Shown in pieces: positions 1 to 15,812 of a DNA stretch of 64,000 nucleotides. The notes beneath the pieces were generated by a model. It had not been told where the DNA came from. It saw nothing but the letters and a program-made list of their open reading frames with translations, and did not search any database. The stretch's first letter is position 1; every line of letters begins with the position of its first letter. Source of the stretch: Entomortierella parvispora E1425. Taxonomy: Eukaryota > Fungi > Mortierellomycota. Made by a program: the position numbers and the translations under genes. The stretch lies in NCBI GenBank assembly GCA_020891255.1, contig BQFW01000014.1:992001-1056000 (forward strand). Reading direction: 5' to 3'.

Positions 1-865
1 AGCGTCAACAGACCCAAGTACCCAGAACAGAGACCTCAATAGCCGACAGCCCCCACCATTGAACAACAAGAACACTAATGTTGAATTGGAGGCCGGCGGG
101 GCAGCAGATGAATCTTCCCTTCGAAAACTGACTCCGTCAGGATCCCATCATGATATGAACGATAACGACTATTACCTTGGTTCTGCCGAGGAACGCCAAT
201 TCGAGTTCCTTCCGGACGAACTACGTCAAGAATACCCCTCCACAGTCAAGCCCTTGGAACTGGATCACTCGTTTGGATTGCGTCAACGGGTCTACACCAT
301 GACTCCGTACACGCTCGAGTGGCGTACTCCAGAACGTGTGCAGGAATTACTCGATTACAGTGCACGAATTCAAAAGGCCCTCGGACGGTATATCCAAAGA
401 CGTCCTCTGAACCCTGTTCCCCCTCCTTCGCTCCTTCCCAAGGCCCTGTTCCTCTCCAAGGTGATGGTTGAGCTTGTTAAAGATCAGACCATGGAAGTGG
501 TGGCGGTTTTGGCCAAGGATGTCCCTGCAGAGACCATGTTTCAATATCTGAGCGTGCAAGACCGAGTCCCCTCGGCATTCTATCGACTACGTGTTCAGAT
601 GGTGGTGGTTCAAGTTCATCTGGACCCAGAGACGATCAAGAGTGCGATTCTGCAACAGCAGCGACCTCCTCCATTGCAGCTGGGCAGTGGCCGTCCATTA
701 AACACCAATGCAAAGGATTCTGAATCTGGCGCTTGGCTGTCTAGCCTTTTGGATGTGGGCAAGGTCAAACCTATGGAAGGCTGGGAGTTCCCAGAAGGAG
801 GCGAGGTCATTGATCGATACGAGGCCGTCACTCGCAAGTTCTATGTTGCTCCTGGTGCCCTTTGA
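1..865 (+). CDS. 3' part of a hypothetical protein (frame open from the window edge)
   Basis: Frame is stop-free from position 2 to TGA at 863-865 and is followed by an AT-rich, 3' UTR-like tract. No recognisable motif. Confidence 0.55.
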   Translation, partial: ASTDPSTQNRDLNSRQPPPLNNKNTNVELEAGGAADESSLRKLTPSGSHHDMNDNDYYLGSAEERQFEFLPDELRQEYPSTVKPLELDHSFGLRQRVYTMTPYTLEWRTPERVQELLDYSARIQKALGRYIQRRPLNPVPPPSLLPKALFLSKVMVELVKDQTMEVVAVLAKDVPAETMFQYLSVQDRVPSAFYRLRVQMVVVQVHLDPETIKSAILQQQRPPPLQLGSGRPLNTNAKDSESGAWLSSLLDVGKVKPMEGWEFPEGGEVIDRYEAVTRKFYVAPGAL

Positions 866-1145
866 AAAAGGGATACATGACAACCACTCCTTTACCTAAT
901 GTTACCCATCTAGAAACCTCACTTATAATGACCATGAATTCATATTATAACCCATTGTATAGTACAAATATATATATATATATATATATCACGTCTGCAT
1001 CTTTCACGATCGACCCGTCAGAATGCTTGGTTTCTTTCATTAATTAATGCAAATGAGGGAGGGGGGGGGGGGTAGGCATACGAGAGGGGTATAGGTTTTG
1101 TAATCGGAGAGGAATGAAGCGGGAGCGGTATATATGATTGAGAAC

Positions 1146-3806
1146 CTATAGTTTCCTAGACAGGCCCTTTGCGCGGTCTGTCAAGTAAGCCAACACGACG
1201 CCCGAGACAATCCGCGCCAGCGCGTTCCCTGCAGGACCCCACACCATGCCCCTGGACGAGAAATGGCGAGTTGGCATCCCAGGTGCGGTTTCAGCCTTGA
1301 TATAATCTACCATCAACGCCTCGCTCTCGCGTTCTCGCATGGCCTGTCTCATTCGCTGAGCCAAGCCTTCCTGTCGAATCTTTCTATAGAGCTCTTTGGC
1401 CGCGCTGGCGCCTGCACTATCGCGGTATCCATAAATGTAAGCAAGCCACTCCTGAGGTCCATGGTTCATGTTATTGGTCAACAAACGAACGCCCATCCAA
1501 CCCAACGAGATCTCGCTCAGCTTATAGACGACCCAAACGATGAGCATCATCTCGAGAGACCCGGTCAGAACGTGCATGATGCGGGTCCGAAGCCAAGACT
1601 GTTTCCAAAGTCTGTACAACTGAACCAAGATGTTCTGAGACGGACTAGGTCCTACACCTTGATTTTTGAAATGTCGATTAGACTCCACGGACTGATCTCT
1701 CCTCCTGTGCCGATCCATGGACGAGGACAATTCAAGTTCTTCCCGCCGACGACGCGCTGCTCGAACTTGAGAGCCTAGAACCTGAGCCTGGTACTTTCGT
1801 TGGACGCGCTCTGCCTTGGAGATAGTGGGGGCTGCAGTGACAGGTTTCCTGTTGTCACCACCAAACCGTGTCAAGCGCAATCCTGCTCGATCCAGGGACC
1901 ATGTCCCAAACAGAGCCGCGGGTTTGACCACTGGTGGTGTTAATAGCAGTTCCTCGGCTGCCTCTCCAATATCCGAGTCGATTAAAGAGTCGTCCAGCAA
2001 CGTCTGTAATTCAAACGAGATCATGTCACAGGATCGTCGGTACCGCTCATATTGCTCCTGCTGCTTCTCTTTCCATATCATTCTCGAGAATGACTTTGAA
2101 TGGGTGTGGTGACCCGATATCCGTGGTGAGGAAAGTGGTGAAGGTGATGAATGTGTAATAATAGTAGGGGGTCGTAAAAATCGGTCGGTCCTGGATGGTG
2201 CCCATGAGCTTCGACGAGACGTTCGACCGGAGGCAGAATTGGATGACTCGGGTCGATGTGTAACAGCGTCTTCAAGGAACAGGGTTGAGTCATTGACAGA
2301 AACATCAGGTCGCTGGCCTGATCGTAAGCGTAGTCGGCGGTGGAGAGGAGGCAAAGATGACTCTCTATCCTGCGAGGGTGGTGTCAAGGAGGTCTTTCGA
2401 ACAAGAGCTGATTGCGCCTCGGTAATAAGAGTTTGTAGGGCGTTGCAGATCCGATTGTACACTACATTCGAGTCTTCTTCACCTCCATGCTTGGAACTCA
2501 CTGCAACAGAGTCCCCACTGTCAGAATCATCCGATCCCACCAGAGTTCCCTCGGCACTGGTGGTTAGTTGATATATTGAATGACGGTTAGATGCATGCAG
2601 GGAGGTGCAAACAAAGGCAAAAGAAAAAGACAAAAAAATAGCCTGTCAGTTTAACGTGTCAAAGTGAATGCCAAGACATGCACTCCCCAGTTCGCCGTCC
2701 AGCATGCAAACATGATATACTTTCCAGGAGACTTACTCGGCTAGAAGCGTCTTTAGCTCCTCAACAATATGCTTGTTGGAGTGCTCGGCGCTGGAATAAG
2801 TAAAAGTCGAGCAAAGGTTAGAACGAAACATTGGGAAGTGGGCAAAGAGACACAAAAAAAAAAAAGCATGAACAAAGAAAAATGTGACCTACGCGTTGAG
2901 TCTGCTCTCCAGGTCAAAGACGATGGCCCTTGTGTCTGCAACCTCGGATTGCAACTTTTGCACCAGGTGCTCAAGCACGTCTCCCTGTTACGAGAGATAA
3001 AAAAAAGGGTCAGATTTGATGATCAAACAAAGACATGGCTTGGATCAGAGCATGCACAGGCCAGGTGCGCGTGGAGAAAGAGGGGGGTGGAAGGGGGGTG
3101 CACATGGTTGGTTGGTAGTTGCAAGCGAGACCAAGGGCGGAGACCCGCATTGAGGATTGACAATCAGCTTGTGAGCCAATGGGTGCAGACACCGCCCGTG
3201 CCCTAGCGAGCCCAGACTGTTTGTTCTCTCGACTGCAAGTGCGCATGAGGAGGGAAGGACAGAAAGGCTCTTTCTGTGAAAATGAAAAAGAACTTTCATT
3301 CATTGTTGTGGGGAAGTCAACAGGGAAAGCGAGAAAAAAAAGGAAAGAGCCGTTACCTCCATGCCAATCCCTGAATCGCAGGGGTTCCTGCCAACGACCG
3401 AGGTCTCCACTAGTGTTGCACTTGATGCCGTCAAATCCGATCGATCGTGGTCTTCCTCGTGCGTTTGCTCTGATGATGCAAGGTCTTCTTGGCTAGCGTT
3501 TTGCTCACGTATCCGAGAGGATGTTGGCTCAATCGGCCTCTTGTGTCCTTCCGAGTCGCTGTCAGTATCGTCCCTGTCAGAGGCAGCAATTGTTTCCTCA
3601 TAGGACCATGACCGCATGTGCGCCTGCCGCCTCGAATGCAATCGGTTCAAGTCCTCGGCATAGTCTTGAGTCGTGAACTTGTAATAGTCGTCCAGCTGGT
3701 TGCCCTCATGATCCTGTTCGATAGAGTGTTGGTCTAGGTGAAGAACCGGTTCCTTGGCGTGCAGCTGTTGGGCATTCCAGGGATTAAGGACATGCTGCGT
3801 GTCCAT
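1146..3806 (-). CDS. Hypothetical multi-exon protein with a coiled-coil segment and C-terminal hydrophobic segments
   Basis: ATG 3806 (MDTQHV...) and an exon ending at a GT donor near 3355. A small exon at about 2985-2893 encodes GDVLEHLVQKLQSEVADTRAIVFDLESRLNA. The long terminal exon (ORF 1146..2633) has hydrophobic stretches (LEMMLIVWVVYKL; IVSGVVLAYL). Confidence 0.65.
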
Positions 3807-4907
3807 GATGTAGGGAATACGAGTTGAAGGATGAGATGGAAGCGAGAGATGAAAGAGGGGGGAGGAAATAGAGCTGCTAGAGTCCGTTCTTGCAGACTGA
3901 GAAAACAATATCGGGAGGGAACGAGAGGAGGACCGTTGGGAATGCCAGAACGGTTGTCGTCAAGGTGCATGTCAAATGAGGAGCAAGTGGTTGGCAGTTA
4001 GTCGCCAGCTGGGAGGGAATGGCAGCAAAAGGGACGAGGTAGCAATGCAATGGCAAGAACAAGGACAAGGACAATGGCGAGTGGCAGCAGGTGCGGGGAA
4101 ACAGACAAAAAAGGGCTCCATTCACAGAACATAATAAATTACCCCGCTGCTCGGCGATGACCGCAAGACTCGTTCTTGCGGCGCGTGTTGTTGCTGCTCG
4201 TTGCTGTCAAGTCTCCTGAGATGACTATGACTACACCTTGACTCTTTCCTCAGCCCCTCTCTGGAACCCCCTCAATTGATCTCGAGAAGAAAAGGATCTG
4301 CGATCTGATCAAGGCGCTACCTGACTGACTGGCTGGATTCTCCGATATCTGAAGACACGAAGTTAGGGCGCTCCTGTAGATTTGATACACGGAAAAAACA
4401 CGCGATTCCAGCCGACACACGCACGAAGGGCTTTACACCTTGCGTGGTCTCGATCCGTGGGGTATATCTCATTCTTTTCTCATTTCCTACTCCATTCTCC
4501 TTCCTTCTGCCAAAACACTCCTCGCCTCTCTGGTCTCTATTTCATCATTTTGCGAAGTCAGGATCGTTTTGGTGGCGTAGTGACGTCACACTTTTGGCAA
4601 AAGCAGTCATATCCCGTGACCACAGCAAATGAAAGAGGACACGCACCACTCACGAACACCACATCGCACCAGTCCAGGGCACACACAAAGAATGGACGCG
4701 TAATCTTGCGCTGCTACGGCACAGAAGGGTCTCAGCGCCTCACTTTCTTTTCTGCCTTTGTTCTGGCTTCTTCTTTCATTCTTTATTTCACATCTCATCC
4801 CCATCCTTTTCTCCGCCCCCAGTCTCTCTTTCTTTTTTTTTATTACTTTTCTTCCCCTTCCTGTCGCTCCTTCCTTCCTCAACCCTCCCTCCACATAACA
4901 TACAATC

Positions 4908-7756
<2,849 letters not shown>

Positions 7757-8119
7757 ATATTCGACTGTTGAAGTGAAGCGTGGCAAGCAATAGAGCTGGT
7801 GGCCAAATCCCCTGTACAAATATCAATCCTCCTTCAATTTGCGAGATATAATTTTCTTTTTCTTCCCGTTCTTTCTCCCTCTTTCTCTTTCTTTCTACGT
7901 TGTTTTGTTTGAACAATGGTGACATGCCCATTGCATGATGGTTTGGTTAAAAACGAATAAAAAAAGGAAAAAAATAACTTTTTTTTTTGAATCGCTCATC
8001 GCATTCATTGATACATTCTTGAATTGCTTTCACAAATGTTGGCCATGAACCTGCTGATTGTACTCTACAATGATGATTTTATTGAATATTTTACAAGAAG
8101 ACGCTAATGCTTGAAAGAA

Positions 8120-10659
8120 TTAAAGATCATACAGCTCAGACTCGTCCAATCCATCCAGCAAATTGTATAGATCGTCGTCGTCGTCCACATCTACTGTCGA
8201 GGCTTGTCGATAAATGGATGAGGGTGGGTTGGCTGTCACCGCTGGGGCGTTGGATCCATGATTCGAAAGATGAGTGGGGAGCAAGGGTTGAGGGTTCTCG
8301 GGCAGAGAGGAGGTCATCTGGGCAGTAGAAGTGCCAGGACGAGGAAGCGTAGGCGAACTGTCAAGGTCATCCAGCGCTCCATCAAAATCCACGCCTGAAA
8401 ACTCATCCAACCAATCTGAAGAGCTCAGTTGTTCGCTCTGACTCAAAGGACGACCAGTTTCTCCCTGGGAAGAGACATTCGGGTTGGATATAGATGCCAT
8501 GGACATATCGGCAACGGAAGAAAATCTAGCAGCAGAGGCAGTAGGCAACGAGGGCGTCGTTGTTGATCCTGACGAACTGGATCTCTGACTGACTGAGCTT
8601 GGTGACGACCGTTTCCGAAGATCGGCTGAGGCGGCAAAGGCCGAGAGTATTCCTCCTCCTGCTCCTGCTCCTGCTCCTGTACCCGCCCCAGTGCTTTTGT
8701 GCGTTGGGGGGCCCATGGGAAGCGCCGGAGTAGACGGACCGAGCAAGTTCATAGGCGTATACGGCAAGTCGTCCTGTCGCGTCGTAGCCCTTGCGTAAGG
8801 ATTAGAACCACTCAAGGTCTGCCTCAAACTTTGGAACTGCACCTCCTGATTTGGAGACAACGGCTGAGAACTAGCCGGCGAATTCCGACTAGTCGATCCC
8901 AACTTTTGCTTCTTAGCAGGTACGCCCTCTTGACTAGGACGGTCGCTATAGGTAGGACTTTGGATCGAGCTCTCAGATTTGATGGCAAGAAGACCTTCGT
9001 CCTCCATGGACAGATTCAAGAGATCCAATGTTGATTGACTTTGGCTCCCAGTTTTCAGTTGCGACAGATCATCTTCTGGCCATTCGGGCGAAAGAATCGC
9101 ATGCTTTCTGTTGGGTGGAAGGGATGATTGTCGAAGAAGGGACGAGCTTTCCTGACTAGAAAATGTGCCTGACTCTGCGCGCGTTCCAGAGGGGCTAGCA
9201 GAGTCCTCCTGTGATTGTGAGGACCTGATCTTTTGTCGACGTTGAGATGCTCGATCCTGAGACGATCCTTGAGAGAGGGTGATGGTAGGGGGGTGCGGCT
9301 GAAAGAGCTTTTCAATGTTCTTGGGCATGATCATCAGGTAGTGCGAAACCTGAAGTGAAAACACAGAAACCTGTAGATTTGTTCGAAATAAAAGGATGTG
9401 GTGTCAGTGCCATTTGAAAAAAGCAAGCATACCAACTAAGGGAGATGTAACAAAAAAGAAACTTGCATTCTTGAGGGCCAAGACAGTGCCTGTTCTGATT
9501 TCATTGTTCTTGTATTGGTCCAACACACTCCTGTGAATTGTGCCGGGCATTTCTCCAGAAGGGTCCAAGAGTGTTGCAGCTGTATCAATCTCTGATAGAG
9601 AAACGTCTTTGATCATGACCACAATATTTTGAATTTTCCCTCGATGAAGATCCTTGTTGTGCTCAATGTCTGAAATGGATAGTGCAGTCCATGGAGAGAG
9701 ATGTTTGCATTCACGAAGCGTTGAGGCTAAGGTCAAAAAATGGTTCGAGACAAAAACAAGTTAGCATCTGAATAGACATTCCTTTTTCTTTCATTGTGCC
9801 AGCCAAGTTTACTAACGTTTGTAGTCAGGCAGCCCCATGGTCCGCATCATGTCCTGCCAGGCTCCTGTAACAAACATACTATCGACAGGTCCTGGAGCCA
9901 CGGCCTTCATTTTCTTCTTAATGGAAGAGCTTGGACTGGTACTGTTTGGATCAGGTACGACATCTCCTCCAAAGGGCTTTCCTTTGGATCGAAAAAGTCT
10001 GTCCTTTTCTTCTGCACTCTATAGATACCAACAAAAAATGAGAGTCAATAAACTACAATGCTGACTTGGCCTCTAGCCAAACCTGTCGTTCCCATATTGT
10101 TGTTCCCATATTGTTTTCTTACCAGCCTTGGCAGATTGCCTGCAGGCCCTGGCAGTCTTCGTTTTCTTGTGACCTCCTCACCAGACCGTGTCGCAATGCC
10201 GCTGGACGGCGAGCTAAAACTGCGTAATAACCCTGAGCCCGACTTGAATACCGGACGAGGCACCCCGCCATTGAGCTCTGGCGTCGTCCTGTTTGAATGG
10301 TTCATGGTCGAATGTGACGACGTCCCGGCAGATGCATTGGGAGTTGTCGCGCGGCTGCTGTTGCTGCTTCCAGTGCCATTGGAGGTTGAATGTCCAATGT
10401 CGCTGTAACTATAACCGTGGTTGTCATTGGTATAGCCGGTGTTGTTTTTGTTGCTGTTGTTATTGTTGCTGCCGCTGTTGCTGTTGCTGTTGTTGTTAGT
10501 GATGGCCACCGGATCGCGCTGTTTCACGGTCTGCGGAATGGTGCCGCCGCCGAGTTTGGAGGAAAGACCCTATTGACGCATGAAGAGGATTGGTTAATGT
10601 GAGCTCCATCATGACTATGCTGGTGATGGACTTTGCCCTGTCATCCTTGCCTTGAACAT
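8120..10659 (-). CDS. HROB: HROB/MCM8IP (C17orf53, DUF4539)-like OB-fold protein, multi-exon
   Basis: Motifs RKRRLPGPAGNLP and IVVMIKDVSLSEIDTAATLLDPSGEMPGTIHRSVLDQYKNNEIRTGTVLALKNASFF resemble the HROB RRFPGPAG and DPTGEMQGTVHR...PGSVLLL motifs. The start (ATG 10659 through a GC-AG intron) is tentative. Confidence 0.75.
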
Positions 10660-10878
10660 ATTATTCGACAGCCAGCATGTCCAGCAAGCGCGTGTCCAGG
10701 GAGAGCAGAGCACAGTTCGAGGTATGTGGAGACAAGGAACAAAGGCACAAAAATGGTGGCGAAAAACAATGAACGAATCTGACCTGGCAAAAAAGGACAC
10801 GGACCCTTAAGGGAATTGGGCCACGTTTTTTTTTTTTTGACTGTCTCCAAAGGCACATGCTGGGCCTCGCGTTTCTTT

Positions 10879-12193
10879 TTATTTGAGCAAGGTGGCATCG
10901 CCTGTCTGCACGTATTCTTGAATACGTCTTTCCAAGTCAGGGTTGACATCAGAAAGAGCGCTCGTCGAACGGTTAAAGGTGGCTCCAAATCCATAAAGAA
11001 AACTTGGGATCACTTTGGGCACAGTCATGGAGGCATCGTCCAGCTCCTTCGCAAGCGACGTTGTCTCCTTGCCTGTCAATCCGCAAGCAATGATCTCTTT
11101 GAAAAAGCCCAGATCAGTGTTACAGTTGAGTGCCAGCCCATGGGATGTAATGTATCGTTGAACATGGACACCTATATGAAAACAAATAACAGGCTGACTT
11201 AGCTACCATCATAAACGAAAAGGGGCCAAAGCTAACAACACGTCGTCCTTTCGTACCAATCGCAGCAATTTTCTTGTGGTCATTGATCCACACTCCAGTA
11301 TTTTCTGTCGTAATGGCCTTGACTCCCCATTCGGCACAGGTGGCGATGATCGCCTTTTCCAAATAGGATACATAGCATCGCACGCTCAACTAAAAGCAAA
11401 AAAAAAAAAAAACAGTGGACCAGACTGTTAGCAATTGCTGAGCAAATCTTCAGGCAGGATCTCCCCATCCTAGAAGAATTCTCGGTTTCTATCTTTGCTC
11501 TACCTTGATGGGCTTGAGATCCAGAATAGGGTACGCCACCAACTGCCCAGGTCCATGGAAAGTAATTTCGCCTCCTCGCAAGGACTCTACATAGGTTGCG
11601 CCTAGATTTTGTAACCGGGACGTTTCTGTTGGACTGATAGCCTGTGCGCCTCTATTGCGCCGGCCATTGGTATAGGTGGGAGTATGCTCGACCAAGAGAA
11701 GCAGATCTGTGGCGCCATCCTCTGCTGGCGAAGCAGATGTTGTGGGGTCGTCTTTCTTGTCTTTTACTGGATCCAGGTTCTTTGCTCGTCGATCTTCTCG
11801 CTCTTTGCGCAAGCGAATCTGACGATTTACCAAAAGTTCCTGAAGCTCAGACGCACGGTTGTATGGAAGATCTTTGAGGTAAATGTAGGGCAGGGGCGAT
11901 AACCGTGGTCTGGAGATAGTTGTGGCACAAGCTGCTCCTGATGAGGCAGAGGCTGTAGATTCCGAGGCAATAGTTGCAGATGAAGATGTACTTGATGAAA
12001 AGGATCGGAAGGGGGAGGCTGGATGTGTGTTGGGCTGCGAAAAGGAGGCTCTCGCTGGGGATATCCGAGAGATGGCTGTTGGGATACGTCCCTGACTTTG
12101 AGTATTAAGGTGGCGCTGGAAGACAAGAATGGCAGAGCCAGTGCGCCCATGGCACGGCTGAAGAGCTCTCTCTAGTAGAACGAGACTTTGCAT
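10879..12193 (-). CDS. LIP2: Mitochondrial lipoyl(octanoyl) transferase (LipB/Lip2)
   Basis: Motifs LLLVEHTPTYTNGRR, RGGEITFHGPGQLVAYPILDL and ENTGVW...KKIAAIG. Arg/Ser-rich N-terminus resembles a presequence. GT-AG introns link the ORF pieces. Confidence 0.93.
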
Positions 12194-12515
12194 TGCAATG
12201 TTGCAACTGCGATGGATGAATGAATGTCGAGAATGAGGAGCGGGAACACAAATAATTGATTGAATGAATGAATGAGGTGAAAGGAGAAGTGTCTTTAACC
12301 ATCAGCCCATCAGAGCGGGCAAGACTGGGTCGATCTGTTAAGGGGCGCGCCCCATCATTCGAACGCGTCGGACAAACCCTCCGATCCCATCCGCTCTGTG
12401 GGAGATAACCTCGCCTGCGGATGGATGGTGCGATCATCAAGGCACCGTAGTATGGATTTGTTTATTTAGGAACTAAGATTATATACCCTCATCCCATCGC
12501 CTTTGCTGACTTCTC

Positions 12516-15278
12516 CTAGTTGATCTCGGCGTACATTCGCTCAATCTCCACCGCGTACTTTTCCTTGGCTGTATGGCGCTTGAGCTTGAAGGTAGGAGTC
12601 TAATAGTCCAAGAACACGAACATGGATGAGGTCAGGTAAGTGGAAGGATCATCGAAAATGAATCACCCATCAATGAACAACAGAGCAGCTTTTTTTCTTC
12701 TTTACCATCAAGTCGTTCTCGATTGAGAACTGTTCAGAGACAACATGAATGTTCTTGAGAATCTCAAAACCTTTCAGATCCGAGCTTCGTCCAAAGACTG
12801 CTAGGTCCTTGAGCAAGAAAGCCTTGACACTGGGCTCTGCGCAAAGTTCCTCAAAGGTCTTGCCCTCCAATCCGTTCTTATCAGCCCAAAGCTTCAATGC
12901 TTCAGGATCAGGGACAACCACGCCTACCAACGTTGCCTTGAGGGAATGGCCATAGACAAAGACCTGGGCCACCAAGTTGTGCTTGGCCAAAATGGCCTCA
13001 ATCTTCTCGGGTGCGATGTATTCGCCCTGCGCCAGCTTGAAGATGTTCTTCACACGGTCGATGACAATGAGGCGGCCGAGCTCATCCCACTGTCCAACAT
13101 CGCCAGTGCTGATTTGTATAAAAACAAGCCCGTTAGAAAATAGAAGTTCAAAGAGAACTAGACAACCTCTACTAAACATGAATACCAAATTTTACCTTGC
13201 CCAGCCATCAGCATCGATGGTCTCTGCAGTCTGTTGAGGTGCTTTGTAGTACCCAGGGAAGACTGAGTGTCCACGAAGCATAATCTCGCCGCGAGGGTAG
13301 GGCTGGTCCTGACTGGTATAGTTCATGTCGGGAATATCCTTCAGTTTGACTTCTACACACAACTGTGGGGGTCCAACCTGACCTGGGGTCAGGTCACCGC
13401 GATAACTCATGCACAATCCTGCAGCTTGCTCCGTCTGACCGTATCCCTCATAGACATCTGCACTGAAACAGATGCGCAAGAAGTCAATGACATCGGGTGA
13501 GATGGGGGCCGAGCCAGACACAATGTGCTTTACACGTCCGCCGAGCCGAGCCCGGATAGCCCCAAAGACCAAGCGATCCCAAATTGCATGCTCGAGGATT
13601 CCTCGTCGGAGGTTGGCCTTCTTGGTAGCATAGGCTCGGTTGAAGAGGAAGGCGGCTATGCCTCCCTTGGCCTTGACACCTGCTAGGACCCTGTCGTAAA
13701 TACGGTTAAAGAGTCGAGGTACAGAAACAAATATGGTGGGCTGGAGAACTGCAACATCGTCCAGAAGTTTCAAAATGTCTCCCTGGTAGTATCCAATACG
13801 GGCTGCGCCCGAGATCATTACAGCCTGACAGGCTCGCTCAAAGACATGTGCCAAGGGCAGGTAAGAAATGTGTGTGTCGTTCGGGCCGGGAATAAAGAAC
13901 TTTTGGTGGGATGCCATCTTGTGAAGCGAACTGACGGTGGCGATGATGTTCTTGTGGGTCAAGACAGCACCCCTAGAGACCCAGCAGCAAACCAGAGAAA
14001 AGAACGAGGGTTGGTACTTGTGGTCTTCCTCTTACCCCCAATACAATTGCGATTTATCATATTCGTGCCGACGCGACGCCCGACGAACAATAAGACGTTT
14101 TCTGGGTTGTGTGACCACAGACAAGACATGTGTTCCACCCGCTCCTCAGTGGTCTTTGCACAACAAAAAAAGTGCCCAGGGGGGCCGAGCGATGTGATGT
14201 GGGGGAAGGTGCTTGTCTCCTGTGCCGTGTAAGGTCACTCCACCCCAACGAATAGAAAAAGAACGCCGAGAAATGGACGCACTGCTCAACTGCGGTTCGC
14301 CTTGTCCATGTCAACAAAAAGAACTTACTTTGGCGTGCCTGTCGTGCCAGAGGTATAGCAGATACTCGCCACATCGTCAGCTTTGGGTGGTTTAGGAGAA
14401 ACGGGTCTCTCCAATCCGGTGCGTTCGACTTCGGTCCAGGCAAGGACTTCAATGTCCAATTCCGCTCCCTGAGCCGCAAGTTCAGGATCCAGCTCACCCA
14501 TCACAATAATCTTCTTGACCGTTGGCAAGACTGAACTCATGTCGAGCAAAATCTCTGCCTTGTCCGCAGACGCAATAATGACCTCCATCTCTGTCTGGTT
14601 CACAATGAACTCAATGGCAGTCGCACCCAAGGTATCATAGAGAGGCACAGACACAAGACTGTACATGTAACCCGCCAATTCACTCATGGTCTACGCTCAT
14701 CGAAGAAAATCCATGGTTAGCCTGATATCTCCACAGTTACTTCTTTTAACAAGCATCTTTTGGCGGCTGAGGGGGACTCGATTTCTTACCCACTCAGGGC
14801 GGTTGATGGAAAAGATTCCGAAGTTGGCATTGGTTTTAACATCAAGATGGATCAAACCCGCTCCAAAGTTGGCGACACGTTCTTGGACTCGTGCATAGGT
14901 TGTCCATTGGTATGGCTGAGGGACACCAGAAACGATAGGTCGAACGCCGAGAAAGTCACCGCCCTCTAGGAGACAATGAAAGAAAGAAAAAAAGCGAAGT
15001 AAAAAGCATTAGAATAAGATGTCAATCTCCTGGAGCTCTTTATGTTGTCGACTGCGCCTATAGCAGTAGTCTGCAAAGGTTGTCCAGCATGGGGTGTTAC
15101 CTGAACGTTGGATACCCTCGACAAAGTTCTCGTAGAGGGTTGTAATTTGATGGGTGCCCTTTGCAGAAGGATAACTGTCCACCAGCCTTTCGGGACTGAG
15201 GACGCTGCGGCGGGGTTTACCCTCTCCGCTAACTTCGGAATGACCAGCAACTTCGACAGAGTACATTTGGGATTGCAT
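12516..15278 (-). CDS. Long-chain fatty acyl-CoA synthetase (ACSL/FAA family), multi-exon
   Basis: AMP-binding motif ICYTSGTTGTPK|GAVLTH, SYLPLAHVFER, YEGYGQTE, IDRVKNIFKLAQGEYIAPEKIE. Last exon TPTFKLKRH...EIN* ends at 12516. Confidence 0.96.
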
Positions 15279-15812
15279 TTCGAGGGTAGGGAATGAGACG
15301 AGGTGAATGAATGAATGAATGAATGAATGAATGGGTGAACCAGAAAGTGTAGGGTGAAGGGGGAGGCGTCAAGCAAAGAAAGCAAAGAGGGGTTCAGAAC
15401 GATTTTATTCATTTTATCCCATTTCCTGTGCTTGCCCCAACGGCCTGAGCACACCACAACAAACAACTCCATCAAATGAAAGTTGGTCCAGGCTCTCCCC
15501 ACAACTTAGGCTGAGCGTTGGAGTCCATCGGGAACGCAAGATCTGCTCAAAGTGTCAGCCTGGAAAGCACCTTGACGGATCGTTAGGACCCCATGATGCC
15601 AAGCCAATCGCACGTTTCCGGCAAAGTGAACACAGCACTCTCACTGGCACCTGCATTGACACCTGTCAACAACTTCCCCGACTGTCTTCAGCCAACTCAA
15701 GTTATTCGTGGATAAATAGATATATTTGAAAAGGACAAAAGTGAGGTATGGTCATCTCAAGAGAAGGACTATGGTATCATATCAAAAAGGGAATATATTT
15801 GTGCTGAGTCGT

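Noticed and set aside
968-1072. (AT)n tract and G run between two convergent genes, plus many A/T homopolymers and GAAT, GTT and TGCCTT microsatellites elsewhere
   Set aside because: Ordinary simple repeats in UTRs and introns, abundant throughout the window, with no sign of specific function.
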